64,000 nt of DNA from Acidimicrobiia bacterium (GCA_028376655.1 JAONAZ010000003.1:18109-82108); one strand, 5' to 3'; shown: positions 18,622 to 28,115, numbered from the stretch's first letter. Notes: generated by a model from the sequence alone, not told the origin. Numbers and translations: made by a program.

Positions 18622-19256
18622 CTAGAGCTATGAGAAGAGTAAAGGAAGAGCCTATACCTCAAGAAATTTTAAAAAAAATGGTTGATGCTGCTGTTCGTGC
18701 TCCGAGTGGAGCTAATAATCAGGGTTGGAAATTTATTATAGTCACAGAATCAAACATAAAAAATGTACTTGGAGACCTCTATAGAGAAGCTTGGGACTTT
18801 TATATCAAAGAGTATTATGGAAATAATCTAGATATGGGTGCATCAAAAGTGTTAGATGAAACTAAAGCTGATCAAGTAGTGAGAATTAGTAAGTCTGCTA
18901 CTTGGTTGTCTGAAAATTTTCACAAAGTGCCGGCACAGTTTGTAGTTTTATCAAGAAATGATTCATCAGGCTCATCAATTTACCCAGCTATTTGGAATCT
19001 AATGTTAGCTGGAAGAGCACATGGTATTGGTACTTGTCTGACTACTGTACTTGGAATGTTTAATCAGGAAAAAACTTTCGATGCTTTGAATATCCCCACT
19101 GATAAAGGGTGGAGAATTAATGCAATTGTTACTGCTGGCTATCCACTGGGAAAGTGGGGAGTCGCTAAAAGAGATCCCTTAGAGGATGTCACCTTTTTAA
19201 ATACTTGGGGCAATAAACCTGGTTGGGATCTAGAAGAACCACTTTTTAATTACTAA
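18594..19256 (+). CDS. Nitroreductase family protein
   Basis: The 220 aa ORF has the RRVKEEPIP...AVRAPSGANNQGWKF pattern of FMN-dependent nitroreductases. Confidence 0.75.
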   Translation: MDVFEALYTTRAMRRVKEEPIPQEILKKMVDAAVRAPSGANNQGWKFIIVTESNIKNVLGDLYREAWDFYIKEYYGNNLDMGASKVLDETKADQVVRISKSATWLSENFHKVPAQFVVLSRNDSSGSSIYPAIWNLMLAGRAHGIGTCLTTVLGMFNQEKTFDALNIPTDKGWRINAIVTAGYPLGKWGVAKRDPLEDVTFLNTWGNKPGWDLEEPLFNY

Positions 19257-19303
19257 ATTAAAAGCAATTAGTAAAGATACTTTTGAGCTATTAAGCTCTG
19301 ATT

Positions 19304-19888
19304 ATGGTGAGATTAAATATAAATATTTTGATTTTCTCTTTAGTTTTTATCACTAGCTGTAGTAATTCAAATCAAGAAAATAATATAAACTCAACAAATG
19401 AAACAGTAGTAGTCGAAGTCGAAGAAGTAATCAAAGAACCTGCTAACAATATTTGGCTTTCAGCTAAAAAAGGTGATATTGAATCTATCAAGCAACATAT
19501 AGCTTTTGGGACAGATTTAAATTCTAAAGGTTCTAGCAGAGATGAGACGGCATTAATTATTGCTGCTTGCCAAGGGCATTATGAAGTGGTTAAGTTGTTG
19601 GTAAATGAAGGCGCTGATTTAAATATCCAAAATGATGAAGGTGTTACTGCACAATTCTGTGCGGTGTTCTTTGGTCAATTAGAAATAGTTCAGATTCTAA
19701 GTGATGAAGGAGCTGATCCAAATATAATAAATAGTCTGGACTTAACAGCAATGGATCTTGTATCAGTTGAATGGGATAGCACAAGAGAGTCAGCAGTAAA
19801 ATTTTATAAACTAAAATATCAAGTTAATTTTGATATAGAAGATATAAAATCTGAACATCCATCAATAATGGATATTTTAAATAAATAA
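19304..19888 (+). CDS. Ankyrin-repeat lipoprotein
   Basis: The 194 aa ORF has a signal peptide with lipobox FITSC and at least two clear ANK repeats (TALIIAACQGHYEVVKLLVNEGADLN; VFFGQLEIVQILSDEGADPN). Confidence 0.75.
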   Translation: MVRLNINILIFSLVFITSCSNSNQENNINSTNETVVVEVEEVIKEPANNIWLSAKKGDIESIKQHIAFGTDLNSKGSSRDETALIIAACQGHYEVVKLLVNEGADLNIQNDEGVTAQFCAVFFGQLEIVQILSDEGADPNIINSLDLTAMDLVSVEWDSTRESAVKFYKLKYQVNFDIEDIKSEHPSIMDILNK

Positions 19889-19927
19889 TAAAAAGACTTA
19901 CTCTTTTTAACTACTAAAAAAACCAAG

Positions 19928-20094
<167 letters not shown>

Positions 20095-20101
20095 AGTCTT
20101 G

Positions 20102-20187
20102 CGGAGGGAGTGGGATTCGAACCCACGGTATGGAATACATACAATAGTTTTCAAGACTATCGCCTTCGTCCGCTCGGCCATCCCTCC
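20102..20187 (-). tRNA. tRNA-Ser (anticodon UGA)
   Basis: This is a class II tRNA with acceptor GGAGGGA/TCCCTCC, anticodon arm ATAGT-CTTGAAA-ACTAT and T-loop GGTTCGAATCC. Confidence 0.9.
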
Positions 20188-20209
20188 AAAAAGGTATAGT
20201 TCTTCTGCG

Positions 20210-20298
20210 CGGAGGGAGAGGGATTCGAACCCTCGAAGGGGATAAACCCTTACACGCTTTCCAAGCGTGCGCACTAGGCCAGACTATGCGATCCCTCC
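20210..20298 (-). tRNA. tRNA-Ser (anticodon GGA)
   Basis: This is a class II tRNA with anticodon arm CACGC-TTGGAAA-GCGTG. Its 5' half is identical to that of tRNA-Ser(CGA) at 20803. Confidence 0.9.
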
Positions 20299-20325
20299 AG
20301 TTGAAGACCTAAGTTCTCAGTTTAC

Positions 20326-20784
20326 TTATCTCTTACTTTCAAAGAAAGAGGATAATATAACTTCAGATTCATGTGGTAATATATTTTCCCTAATCTCAAC
20401 AAAGTGATTCAGCCTGGGGTCTTGGGGAATATTGTAAAGTGAGTAAGCTGCTCCCGCTTTTAAATTAGGTACTCCGTAAAGAAGTGTCTTTATTCTTGCA
20501 TTCACAATAGCCCCTGCACACATTGCATCAGGTTCAACGGTTACTGCAATCGTTGTATCTTCTAGTCTCCAAGTCTTAAAAATTTTAGATGCCTCTTGGA
20601 TTACAATAATTTCAGCATGTAAAACAGGGTTTTGGTCAATTTCTCTCATATTGTGAGCTGATGAAATTAAATTATCATCTTTATCAAATAAAGCAGCACC
20701 AATAGGTATCTCATCTAATGTAAGTGCTTTTTTAGCCTCCTTGAGAGCTACCTGCATTTTGTCAATATCTGATTTGTACTTCAT
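20326..20784 (-). CDS. tadA: tRNA-specific adenosine-34 deaminase
   Basis: The 152 aa ORF has the CDA-fold zinc motifs HAE (PVLHAEIIVIQ) and PDAMCAGA (PCxxC-like variant). Confidence 0.85.
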   Translation of the reverse strand: MKYKSDIDKMQVALKEAKKALTLDEIPIGAALFDKDDNLISSAHNMREIDQNPVLHAEIIVIQEASKIFKTWRLEDTTIAVTVEPDAMCAGAIVNARIKTLLYGVPNLKAGAAYSLYNIPQDPRLNHFVEIRENILPHESEVILSSFFESKR

Positions 20785-20802
20785 ATCTCTAAACTAATTA
20801 TA

Positions 20803-20891
20803 GGAGGGATCGCATAGTCTGGCCTAGTGCGCGACACTCGAAATGTCGTAAGTCTTTTTAGGCTCCGTGGGTTCGAATCCCACTCCCTCCG
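20803..20891 (+). tRNA. tRNA-Ser (anticodon CGA)
   Basis: This is a class II tRNA with anticodon arm CGACA-CTCGAAA-TGTCG and T-loop GGTTCGAATCC. Confidence 0.9.
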
Positions 20892-20936
20892 CTTTACATT
20901 AAATCTATAAAACATTGAAGACCCTAAAATTATCTA

Positions 20937-21488
20937 ATGATTGAATTTGGTATTTTTGCATTTGTAACTTCTATTACTCCTGGACCTAATAATTCAATGC
21001 TAATGGCATCAGGAATAAGGTTTGGAAGAAAAAAATCATTGCCTCACTTTTTTGGTATTTGGTTGGGTTTTAATTTTTTATTTTTCCTAGGTGGTAATTT
21101 ACTTTCATATGTTCCTGACATAGTTTTTGAATACCTTCAATATGCTGGATATTTAGTTATTTTATACATTGCCTATAAAGTGGCTATGACTAAAACTACT
21201 GTTAAACAAGGGGGCAAGGAAGGTAAGCCCTTCACGTTTATTCAAGCAGCACTTTTTCAGTGGGTAAACCCAAAAGGTGTAGTAATGGCGGTATCTGGAC
21301 TTACAGCTTTTCAACTACCTCATTTACAGGCAAATTTAATTTATTTACTTGTAGGTGGGCCTTGTGTTCTCACATGGCTTTACTTAGGAGAGCGACTTCA
21401 AAATTTCTTAATAGGAAATAAAAAATTAGAAAGATTTGTCTATGTGATTCTTGCCTTGAGTATGGTTGCTAGCTTATTTTTGGCTTAA
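20937..21488 (+). CDS. LysE/RhtB family amino-acid exporter
   Basis: The 183 aa ORF has 5-6 TM segments and the N-terminal ITPGPNN motif of the LysE superfamily. Confidence 0.75.
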   Translation: MIEFGIFAFVTSITPGPNNSMLMASGIRFGRKKSLPHFFGIWLGFNFLFFLGGNLLSYVPDIVFEYLQYAGYLVILYIAYKVAMTKTTVKQGGKEGKPFTFIQAALFQWVNPKGVVMAVSGLTAFQLPHLQANLIYLLVGGPCVLTWLYLGERLQNFLIGNKKLERFVYVILALSMVASLFLA

Positions 21489-22730
21489 TCTCTTAACATC
21501 AAGTATTTTTGCAAGACTATCTGAAAATTCTACACTGCCATCTTTTTGTTGATTGTTTTCAATTAATGCGATTAATATTCTTCCGACAGCTAATGCTGTT
21601 CCATTAAGTGTGTGCATGGTTGTGGTATTTCCATCAATTTTTGTACGGATGTTTAATCTTCTTGCCTGAAAATCAGTAGTATTTGAACAAGACGTAACTT
21701 CTCTGTATTTTTGCTGACTTGGTATCCAAGCTTCAATATCATACTTTTTAGCAGCTGAAGCTCCTAGGTCGCCTGTACACACATCAACCACTCTGTAGGG
21801 AATTTCAAGCTCTTGTAATATTTCTTCTTCGACTGAAAGCAAGTATTCGTGCTCATCTTTTGATTTCTCCGGATTACAAAATGAGAACATCTCGACTTTA
21901 TCAAATTGGTGGACCCTAAAAATTCCAGTAGTGTCTTTTCCGTATGTACCTGCTTCTCTTCGAAAGCAAGTTGAAAATCCTGCATATCTCAATGGCAAAG
22001 ATTCTAAATCTAAAATTTCATTTGCATGCAAAGCGGCTAATGGAACTTCTGACGTCCCTACAAGGTATAAGTCATCTTTAGGAATTTCATATACTTGTTC
22101 GGCATCATCTGGAAAAAATCCTGTACCAAAAAGTGCTTCTTCTCTAACTAGAACTGGTGGGATTGTAGGTGTAAATTGTTTATTTGATAATTTATCTAGG
22201 ACCCATGAAACAAGGTTAAGTTCAATCTTTACAAGATCTCCAAAGATATAGGAAAATCTTGATCCAGATACTTTTGCAGCTTTTTCAACATCAATTAAAT
22301 TTAGGCTTTCCCCTATTTCTAGGTGATTTTTAATATGTTCAAGTTTTTTAATTTCTCCAACTTTTTTAATTTCTTTATTATCTTGATCTGTTGCTCCTGT
22401 TGGGGATGTTTCATCAACTAAATTTGGAATCTTAATCCATTGATCTAGAAATAATTTTTCTTCGGTTTCATATTTCTCATTTAAAAGTTTGACACTTTCA
22501 CTCAAAATAGTTGCTTTTTTGAGAAGTTCTTCTTTTTCAGCTCCATCAGCTTGAGAAATTTTTTTTCCAATATTGTTTTGTTCAGATTTTGCCTGTTCTG
22601 CCTCGAACTTAATTGCTCTTTTCTTTTCGTCCTGCTGGACGAGAAAGTCAATATCAATATTTAGTCCCCTTCTTTCAAGGTTCTCTTTTAATATGTCTAT
22701 ATTGTTTCTAAGAATCTGTTGGTCTAACAT
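21474..22730 (-). CDS. serS: Seryl-tRNA synthetase
   Basis: The 418 aa ORF has an N-terminal coiled-coil arm and class II motifs (FRREAG, GTALAVGR). Confidence 0.93.
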   Translation of the reverse strand: MLDQQILRNNIDILKENLERRGLNIDIDFLVQQDEKKRAIKFEAEQAKSEQNNIGKKISQADGAEKEELLKKATILSESVKLLNEKYETEEKLFLDQWIKIPNLVDETSPTGATDQDNKEIKKVGEIKKLEHIKNHLEIGESLNLIDVEKAAKVSGSRFSYIFGDLVKIELNLVSWVLDKLSNKQFTPTIPPVLVREEALFGTGFFPDDAEQVYEIPKDDLYLVGTSEVPLAALHANEILDLESLPLRYAGFSTCFRREAGTYGKDTTGIFRVHQFDKVEMFSFCNPEKSKDEHEYLLSVEEEILQELEIPYRVVDVCTGDLGASAAKKYDIEAWIPSQQKYREVTSCSNTTDFQARRLNIRTKIDGNTTTMHTLNGTALAVGRILIALIENNQQKDGSVEFSDSLAKILDVKRLSQK

Positions 22731-22733
22731 TAA

Positions 22734-23768
22734 CTACTCCTCTGGAGGGATAAACCCGGATATTGTAAATAAGTTGTCTTCAAGTTCTTCTTCATTTTCA
22801 ATCTCTTCAATTTTAATAAACCATTCATACAAAATTCCTGATTCGAGTTCAATAGTATCAGTAAAGTAACTTTTACTTTCAAATGCTCCTATGGAACTTA
22901 TCTTAGCTCTTTTCTCAAAAACAGAATCACCGAACTCATCTGTCACTAATACTAATAAAATAATATCAAATTCTTCTACATTCCCCTCATTGGCAATAAC
23001 AACCTGGATTCCTATAGGCTCCTTGAGAAAGACTCTGTAGTTGTCTTCTGTTACTGCAATTGGGCTTGGTAAAAACTGTACTCCTGTGATTGCAACATCT
23101 CTTCTTAAGAAAAGTCCTTCGGATGAATCTCTAGCCTTTTTAACGATTAAATCCGCAAAATTAAAAGCGCTACCTTCTAAGCCAGTATATTTTACTGGAT
23201 AAAAAACTGGTAAAAATAAATTGTCTTCACGTGACCTCTGAGAAATTTTTTGAACAAATTCTTCATATGCTTTATCTCCAATTGATAAGTCAATAATACT
23301 TTGGGCAAGTGCTTCTTCTATTTTTAATGAATTAGGATTATCTATCAATGTAATTATTGATATCTGGAATGTTTCCAACCCCTTTAGCCATGAGGATGTT
23401 GCTATGTTTAATAATTCTTTTTCTGAACTAACAAAATCTCCTCCTATATTTTGAACTAAGTTAAAAGCTTCTTGCGAGTCTCTAACTAAATTTGATAAAG
23501 TTGTCTCAAAATCATTCCTATTTATTTCATCAAAACTTAATACCTTTTCAAACTCTTTTGATGATTCGTTGTGCAACAGTGATACTATCGAGGCTTCTTC
23601 TAAAAACTCGTTGAGGTCTGATGAATTACTGAAATTTTCATAATAATTGAAACCAAAAAGAGAAAGTAAAAATATCACGCCTATAAGCAATGATGTCCTA
23701 ATTGTTTTGTTAGCTCTATTCATTTTAATTTCTTCTTTATACAGTCTAAGAAAACAAATATATTTCAC
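22734..23768 (-). CDS. N-terminally membrane-anchored extracytoplasmic protein, unknown function
   Basis: The 344 aa ORF probably starts at the Met at 23723 (MNRANKTIRTSLLIGVIFLL) and has a single TM followed by a mixed alpha/beta acidic ectodomain. Confidence 0.45.
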   Translation of the reverse strand: MKYICFLRLYKEEIKMNRANKTIRTSLLIGVIFLLSLFGFNYYENFSNSSDLNEFLEEASIVSLLHNESSKEFEKVLSFDEINRNDFETTLSNLVRDSQEAFNLVQNIGGDFVSSEKELLNIATSSWLKGLETFQISIITLIDNPNSLKIEEALAQSIIDLSIGDKAYEEFVQKISQRSREDNLFLPVFYPVKYTGLEGSAFNFADLIVKKARDSSEGLFLRRDVAITGVQFLPSPIAVTEDNYRVFLKEPIGIQVVIANEGNVEEFDIILLVLVTDEFGDSVFEKRAKISSIGAFESKSYFTDTIELESGILYEWFIKIEEIENEEELEDNLFTISGFIPPEE

Positions 23769-23786
23769 AACTAAGATTATTAATGA

Positions 23787-24446
23787 ATGAACAATATTAG
23801 ATTAGTTTGGTCAATTAGGACTGAATGTGGTCCAAATCGAAATAAAAATGAAGACTCTGTTTTTCCAAACAAGTCAGGCAGTGGTAATCCTCCATTTAAA
23901 GCGGCTGTATGTGATGGCTTAGGTGGCCATGTTAAGGGAGATGTGGCAAGTAACATTGCAGCGTCTAACATGAACAATTCTTTTGATGACCTTGTATCAG
24001 TTATTACTACAGCGAATTTAGAAATCTTGAAATATCAAGAAAAGAATAAAGAATCTGTTGGTATGGGTACAACTATGACTGCTATAACCGTTGATGAGGA
24101 TGGATTAATGAAAATTGGCCATGTTGGAGATACTCGTTGCTATGTTCTTTCTAATAGAAAACTACTGCAACTAACACAGGATCATAATGTCCCGGGTTTT
24201 CAAAATATATTAGAAAAAGCATTGGGTTCAAATGAAAATCTTAAGATTGAGCACCAAGATTTTCAATTAAAAAATGGTGATGTTGTACTCCTTTGTAGTG
24301 ACGGGCTTTACAATGAATTTAGTGACGAATATTTAAAAAAGAAACTACAGGAAGGCATTAGTGCAGATACATTGGTTGGAGAAGCTTTGATACAAAAACC
24401 AAAAGATAACGTATCTGCAGTAATAATTAATATATTTTCAAAATGA
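23787..24446 (+). CDS. pstP: PP2C-family Ser/Thr protein phosphatase (soluble PstP-like)
   Basis: The 219 aa ORF has the NEDS, DGLGGH, GMGTT and SDGL PP2C blocks. It has no C-terminal TM segment, and its stop overlaps the pknB start. Confidence 0.8.
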   Translation: MNNIRLVWSIRTECGPNRNKNEDSVFPNKSGSGNPPFKAAVCDGLGGHVKGDVASNIAASNMNNSFDDLVSVITTANLEILKYQEKNKESVGMGTTMTAITVDEDGLMKIGHVGDTRCYVLSNRKLLQLTQDHNVPGFQNILEKALGSNENLKIEHQDFQLKNGDVVLLCSDGLYNEFSDEYLKKKLQEGISADTLVGEALIQKPKDNVSAVIINIFSK

Positions 24447-26212
24447 ATATTGGACAAATAATAAAAGATCGATACAAGATTCTTGAACTCCTTGGTGAAG
24501 GTGGAATGGCCTTTGTGTATAAAGCTGAAGATAAACAACTGAAAAGAATGGTTGCTATTAAAACCCTTAAACCAAACTATGTTCAACAAGAGACGTTTGT
24601 TGAAAGATTTAAAAGAGAAGCTCAAACAGTAGCTAATTTGAATCATCCAAATATTGTTCAAATATTTGACTGGGGAATCGAAGATGAACCATTTTTTGTT
24701 ATGGAATATATTGAAGGTAATACCCTTACCTCGATTATTGCTAGAAAAAAAACTATAAGTATTGCCGATATTTTATTTATTGGTGCACAAGTCTCTGATG
24801 GACTCCAGGCAGCACATAATAGAGGCTTGGTGCATAGAGATATTAAACCTGGAAATATTATGATCACTCCAGATGGAAAAGTAAAAGTAACTGACTTTGG
24901 AATTGTCTCATTACAAAATGAAGATAGTGACATCACAAAAACTGGTTCTATTTTGGGAACTTCTAGTTATATTTCTCCTGAACAAGCTCAAGGAAAACCT
25001 GTTTCTGTTGAGTCGGATCTTTATTCATTAGGTACTGTTATGTATGAGTTAATTGCAGGGAGGCCTCCTTTTGAAGGTGAAACTCCTATTGCTACAGCAA
25101 CTAAACACCTTACCGATAAGCCAAAGAAATTAAGTATCTATCGCAAAGATATACCTAAAGGTTTAGAAAATGCAGTTCTAAAACTTCTCCATAAGTATCC
25201 AAAAGATAGATATAAGAATGCAGAAGATCTAAGAGCTGTTCTTCTCCAACAAAGAAGACAACTGCAGGCTCAGGAGACTCAAGAAAATTTAGTTAATTTA
25301 ACAAATCCCAAAATAAAATTCAGATTCACTCTTCCAGCTCTTGTGTTATCCCTTGGATTAGTCTTTGGAACGGTTTGGGGTCTTTCTGAAATATTTAGTG
25401 GTCTTCCTGCAGATGGTGGTTCTCCAACAGTAATAGAGATACCCGATCTTACTGGAAGTAGTCAAACACAAGCATTAAATGATCTTCAGTTACTTGGGTT
25501 TACGGTTGGTATTGAAAATGCAGCACACCCTACTGTTCCCACGGGAGCAGTTATAAGAACACAGCCATTGGCAAATACTGTAACTAATCCAGATACTTTC
25601 GTGACAATAATAGTCTCTGTTGGACAAGAAGCATTTCCCATCCCATATGTTATAGACCTCGAAACAGATAGAGCTGTATATGTGATTGAAGAAAGTGGTT
25701 TTAGTATTGGTCAGCAATTTAATGTGAATGATGACAACATTCCAAGAGGATTTGTAATTTCACAAAATCCTATAGCTGGTAAAAAAATGAGCCCTGGCTC
25801 AACTGTGGATTTGGTAATATCTTCAGGCCCTAGTTTGATTGAAATAAGTGATCTCTCTAGGAAGTCTCCTGAGGATGCAACACAGATTTTAGAGACACTA
25901 GGTTTTGAATATGAAATTTTAGAAGAGTACTCAGAAGAGGTAAATGAAGGCTTAGTTTCTCATACCATTCCTGAAGTAGGTGAAATAGTAACACCTGAAG
26001 AAATAATTACAGTAATTGTTTCACTAGGCTTAAAGGCAGAAGTTCCAAACTTAATTGGCTATACATATCAAGAAGCATCAAATATCCTTCAAGAAATAGG
26101 ATTATTGCCTTCGGCGAGTGGTGATACAGGTGGCAGAGTTACAGGGCAAAACCCAGAAGAAGGTAACTTTGTAGACCCTGAAGGTTTTGTAGAATTAAGT
26201 TTTGACAACTAA
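24443..26212 (+). CDS. pknB: Ser/Thr protein kinase with extracellular PASTA repeats
   Basis: The 589 aa ORF has Hanks kinase motifs (GEGGMAFVYKA, HRDIKPGN, DFG, SPEQ), a single TM (LPALVLSLGLVFGTVWGL) and then repeated PASTA-like units (IPDLTG., .PYVIDL, .VPNLIGY). Confidence 0.9.
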   Translation: MNIGQIIKDRYKILELLGEGGMAFVYKAEDKQLKRMVAIKTLKPNYVQQETFVERFKREAQTVANLNHPNIVQIFDWGIEDEPFFVMEYIEGNTLTSIIARKKTISIADILFIGAQVSDGLQAAHNRGLVHRDIKPGNIMITPDGKVKVTDFGIVSLQNEDSDITKTGSILGTSSYISPEQAQGKPVSVESDLYSLGTVMYELIAGRPPFEGETPIATATKHLTDKPKKLSIYRKDIPKGLENAVLKLLHKYPKDRYKNAEDLRAVLLQQRRQLQAQETQENLVNLTNPKIKFRFTLPALVLSLGLVFGTVWGLSEIFSGLPADGGSPTVIEIPDLTGSSQTQALNDLQLLGFTVGIENAAHPTVPTGAVIRTQPLANTVTNPDTFVTIIVSVGQEAFPIPYVIDLETDRAVYVIEESGFSIGQQFNVNDDNIPRGFVISQNPIAGKKMSPGSTVDLVISSGPSLIEISDLSRKSPEDATQILETLGFEYEILEEYSEEVNEGLVSHTIPEVGEIVTPEEIITVIVSLGLKAEVPNLIGYTYQEASNILQEIGLLPSASGDTGGRVTGQNPEEGNFVDPEGFVELSFDN

Positions 26213-27035
26213 TATAAATTTTTTTAAAAAGGAACTAAAAAAATGGTACAAAAAAAACCAGAGATCTTTTGAGTGGAGAAATTCAAATAATCCTTGGAAA
26301 ATACTTCTAATCGAAACTCTATCTCAACAAACGCAAATAGATAGAGCAGATGAATTCTACAAAAAATTTATACATAAATATCCGACACCTCAACATATGG
26401 CACGTGCTAACAAAAAAGAAGTTTTAAAACTCTGGTCTGGTTTAGGTTATAACAATAGAGCAATTCGACTCCATGCTTCGTCAAAAGTTTTAGCAAAATA
26501 TAATTTTGATGAAATATATCCTGATTTTACAATACTTCCAGGTGTGGGGCCCTACACAAACTCTGCGCTACTAAGCTTTGCATATGAAAAAAAAGTTATT
26601 GCAGTCGATACAAATATAAAAAGAATTATTAAAAGATTTTTCAAAATTGATGATTTGGATACTTTTCTTAGCAAAAATACAGACATGTTATTAAAAAACT
26701 TTAAATCTAGAGACTTTAATCAAGCCTTAATGGATCTTGGAGCAACTGTCTGTACCTCTAGTAATCCTAAATGTAAGATTTGCCCCCTTGAGCTTTTGTG
26801 TAATAAATTCATTGTGAAAGAAAATAAAAAGTCAAAAAGATTTGAAGGATCTATGAGACAAAAAAGGGGACATGTTTTAAAAATGCTTTTGACGGGAAAA
26901 AATGTAACAAAGCAAAGCATCAATAAAGAATTAGAGGTTACCAATAAAATTACAGACCAGATTCTTGATTCGTTAATGAGAGATGATTTAATTACTATTT
27001 CTAAAAATAAAGTTATTGTAATAAGTGATAATTAG
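26202..27035 (+). CDS. HhH-GPD/FeS DNA glycosylase, MutY-like (lacks the NUDIX-like C-terminal domain)
   Basis: The 277 aa ORF has the SQQTQ block, helix-hairpin-helix LPGVGPYT and a 4Fe-4S loop C-x6-C-x2-C-x5-C (CTSSNPKCKICPLELLC). Confidence 0.7.
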   Translation: MTTNINFFKKELKKWYKKNQRSFEWRNSNNPWKILLIETLSQQTQIDRADEFYKKFIHKYPTPQHMARANKKEVLKLWSGLGYNNRAIRLHASSKVLAKYNFDEIYPDFTILPGVGPYTNSALLSFAYEKKVIAVDTNIKRIIKRFFKIDDLDTFLSKNTDMLLKNFKSRDFNQALMDLGATVCTSSNPKCKICPLELLCNKFIVKENKKSKRFEGSMRQKRGHVLKMLLTGKNVTKQSINKELEVTNKITDQILDSLMRDDLITISKNKVIVISDN

Positions 27036-27050
27036 GATACAATTTTCAAT

Positions 27051-27305
27051 ATGCCAGTTTCAAAAAAAAGAATTAAAAACTCTCAACCAACTCAATCGAA
27101 AAAAATGTCTACACAACTAGGTGCAGATAAGGGACCTTCACCAAGGTGGTTTGTTTTAACAATGAGTTCTTTAATGATTTTAGGTGTTTTGATGATTGTA
27201 CTAAATTATCTTACAATTCTTCCAGGATCTGTCTCTAGATGGTATTTGTGGGGTGGGCTAGGGATGATCGGTGGAGGTTTTTTAATGACTACAAACTATA
27301 ATTGA
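27051..27305 (+). CDS. crgA: Cell division protein CrgA
   Basis: The 84 aa ORF has a basic N-terminus (MPVSKKRIKN) and two TM segments with the W..G...IGGGF pattern. Its position near pknB matches other actinobacteria. Confidence 0.7.
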   Translation: MPVSKKRIKNSQPTQSKKMSTQLGADKGPSPRWFVLTMSSLMILGVLMIVLNYLTILPGSVSRWYLWGGLGMIGGGFLMTTNYN

Positions 27306-27517
27306 CCAATTAAACATACTCAATAGAAATATTTCGAAAATTTTAAAAGTAATCCCAGCTTTAGGAACTCTAGGTTTATTTTATGAGTTAAATAAAGCCG
27401 GCAAAGATGGGCTAATACAAATGTTTACCGACCCATTATATTACTTCATTATCTTGGGGTTAATATCGACCTTATTAATTATGATGATTATTCTTAAAAA
27501 TTTCCAAATACTTTAAA

Positions 27518-27748
27518 TTAATTAACAGGCTGCATTTCTTCTTTACAGTGTTTTGGTGGATCATTAGCAACTACTGATAAAAGTTTTATAGTTAATTCTG
27601 TACCACAAATATTACATCGAAAATCTTGTAAAGTTTCGAGAACATCTTCTGGATCAATTTCTGGAGGGGTGCTCGCAAGTGAGGTAATTGAATTACTTAA
27701 AAATCTAAAGACTAAGTATCCAATTAATAATGCTATTAAATATTCCAT
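27518..27748 (-). CDS. Membrane-anchored small protein with CxxC...HC motif, unknown function
   Basis: The 76 aa ORF has an N-terminal TM and the motifs CNICGTE ... PKHCKEE. Its start overlaps the stop of the upstream small ORF by 1 nt. Confidence 0.4.
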   Translation of the reverse strand: MEYLIALLIGYLVFRFLSNSITSLASTPPEIDPEDVLETLQDFRCNICGTELTIKLLSVVANDPPKHCKEEMQPVN

Positions 27749-27933
27749 TACATATTTAAGTATCTATAAAGTGCTATTAAAACAGCAACGATAACCCAAG
27801 TTGTAGTTACTGCTTTTGTATTTGTAGAATTCAAAACTTTTTTATATTTCCGGGATGAAATAACTTCTTCAATATTATCTTTGAGCTCAGAGAGTTCTCT
27901 TGCAGATAAATTTTCTAAATCTTTTTTGTCCAT
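27748..27933 (-). CDS. Small tail-anchored protein, unknown function
   Basis: The 61 aa ORF has an N-terminal amphipathic helix (DLENLSARELSELKDNIEEVISSRK) and a C-terminal TM. Confidence 0.4.
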   Translation of the reverse strand: MDKKDLENLSARELSELKDNIEEVISSRKYKKVLNSTNTKAVTTTWVIVAVLIALYRYLNM

Positions 27934-27953
27934 ACTATAAGATTACCTTGTTG

Positions 27954-28026
27954 TGGAGATGATGGGACTTGAACCCACGACCCCCTGCTTGCAAAGCAGG
28001 TGCTCTTCCAGCTGAGCTACATCCCC
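27954..28026 (-). tRNA. tRNA-Ala (anticodon UGC)
   Basis: I read GGGGATGTAGCTCAGCTGG..., anticodon arm CCTGC-TTTGCAA-GCAGG and the G3:U70 identity pair in the acceptor. Confidence 0.9.
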
Positions 28027-28115
28027 TCGCAATTAATATTATGCCTCTGATTTCGATGTAAATGAAAAAATTTTATAAATATTTTTTAATTGTGACTATT
28101 GTAAATAAGACATAA

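Noticed and set aside
19889-19927. The stem AAAAAGA-cttac-TCTTTTT after the ankyrin gene, considered as a terminator.
   Set aside because: The stem is purely A/T with very low predicted stability, so it cannot be supported from sequence alone.
20102-20187. The possibility that the long-arm tRNA with a T-G-A triplet in its anticodon loop is tRNA-Sec, which would support the selenoprotein call.
   Set aside because: The anticodon read 5'-3' is UGA (loop CUUGAAA), which decodes UCA serine codons, whereas tRNA-Sec needs UCA. The acceptor and T-stem geometry is the ordinary 7/5 class II Ser type.
27421-27516. A 31-aa hydrophobic ORF (MFTDPLYYFIILGLISTLLIMMIILKNFQIL) in the crgA-downstream gap. The open frame extends upstream to 27289 but has no canonical start there.
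   Set aside because: It has no SD and no recognisable family, and AT-rich sequence readily yields short hydrophobic ORFs. I kept it only as a note.
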